The notes under the pieces are model-generated. The model had not been told where the DNA came from, searched no databases, and saw only the letters and a program-made list of their open reading frames with translations. Shown piece after piece: positions 63,496 to 64,000 of a DNA stretch of 64,000 nucleotides. This stretch comes from Balanoglossus misakiensis. Its lineage: Eukaryota; Animalia; Hemichordata. Made by a program: the position numbers and the translations under genes. The stretch covers positions 3,074,760 through 3,138,759 of the forward strand of contig CM082576.2 of assembly GCA_040954595.2 (NCBI GenBank). The letters are read 5' to 3'. Each line of letters opens with the position of its first letter. Within the stretch, counting starts at the first letter, position 1.

Positions 63496-64000
63496 ATCCA
63501 ACGAGCGCTTATAATTCAAATAATCGTTTTGTGTCGCGGTGAAGTCTGCACGCAAGGTCGTTTTAATCCAATAATCGACATTTGATTAATGTGTTCAATA
63601 CAAAGAACCGCAGAGCGCCTTTCTATGGCACGAAACTGCAGGTTTACATTGCTTGTTGGTTTGATTTTGATGTGTGTGCTTTTTCCGCCGTGCGATGTGG
63701 GCCCATGCGTTGCCACACTGCATTGGAATGCACGCCTTGATCATTATGGGGAGCCTGGAGAAGGGTGATCACACACGCTAACAAGCCACACCAGACCAGT
63801 GCGTGGATAAATCTGCCGAGATCAAACACACAAACGCCATAATACTCTCCATTGGTCATCTAAATGTGAACACAGGAAGCGATAGGGTTCAGGAATCGTG
63901 TCTACTCTCGCGGATGAGCTTTCGTGTCGTTATCATATTACTGTAATTAATTTCAGTTCCATTTTTAAATTCATTTACATGTAACTAGAACGGCGAGTGC

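Overview
Eukaryotic (animal) genomic DNA with GT-AG introns, not prokaryotic. The AT-rich introns, gene content and repeat types suggest a marine invertebrate, possibly a deuterostome; this taxonomy is inference only. I assembled ten protein-coding genes exon by exon, and all splice phases are consistent: KMO (+, first exon outside the window), a group II PAK kinase (+), a LAMP/CD68-like lysosomal protein (-), two tandem CD20/MS4A-like four-TM paralogs (-), an FABP/iLBP with no CDS intron (+), a CRAL-TRIO lipid-transfer protein (+), an equilibrative nucleoside transporter (+), a divergent adenosylhomocysteinase-like gene (-) and a cytosolic sulfotransferase (-). Several MITEs and microsatellites sit in introns. 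The most interesting points are: (1) a full-length AHCY paralog with substitutions at normally invariant active-site motifs, lying tail-to-tail with a nucleoside transporter; (2) two CD20-like paralogs that both keep PTAP plus PPxY (ESCRT/NEDD4 late-domain-like) motifs, next to a LAMP gene with a CLEAR element; (3) a large repetitive Q/P/DYR insert in the PAK that could be skipped in frame; (4) sharp CpG-poor and CpG-rich domains that follow gene boundaries. No database searches were run; reference residue numbers are from memory of the human proteins.
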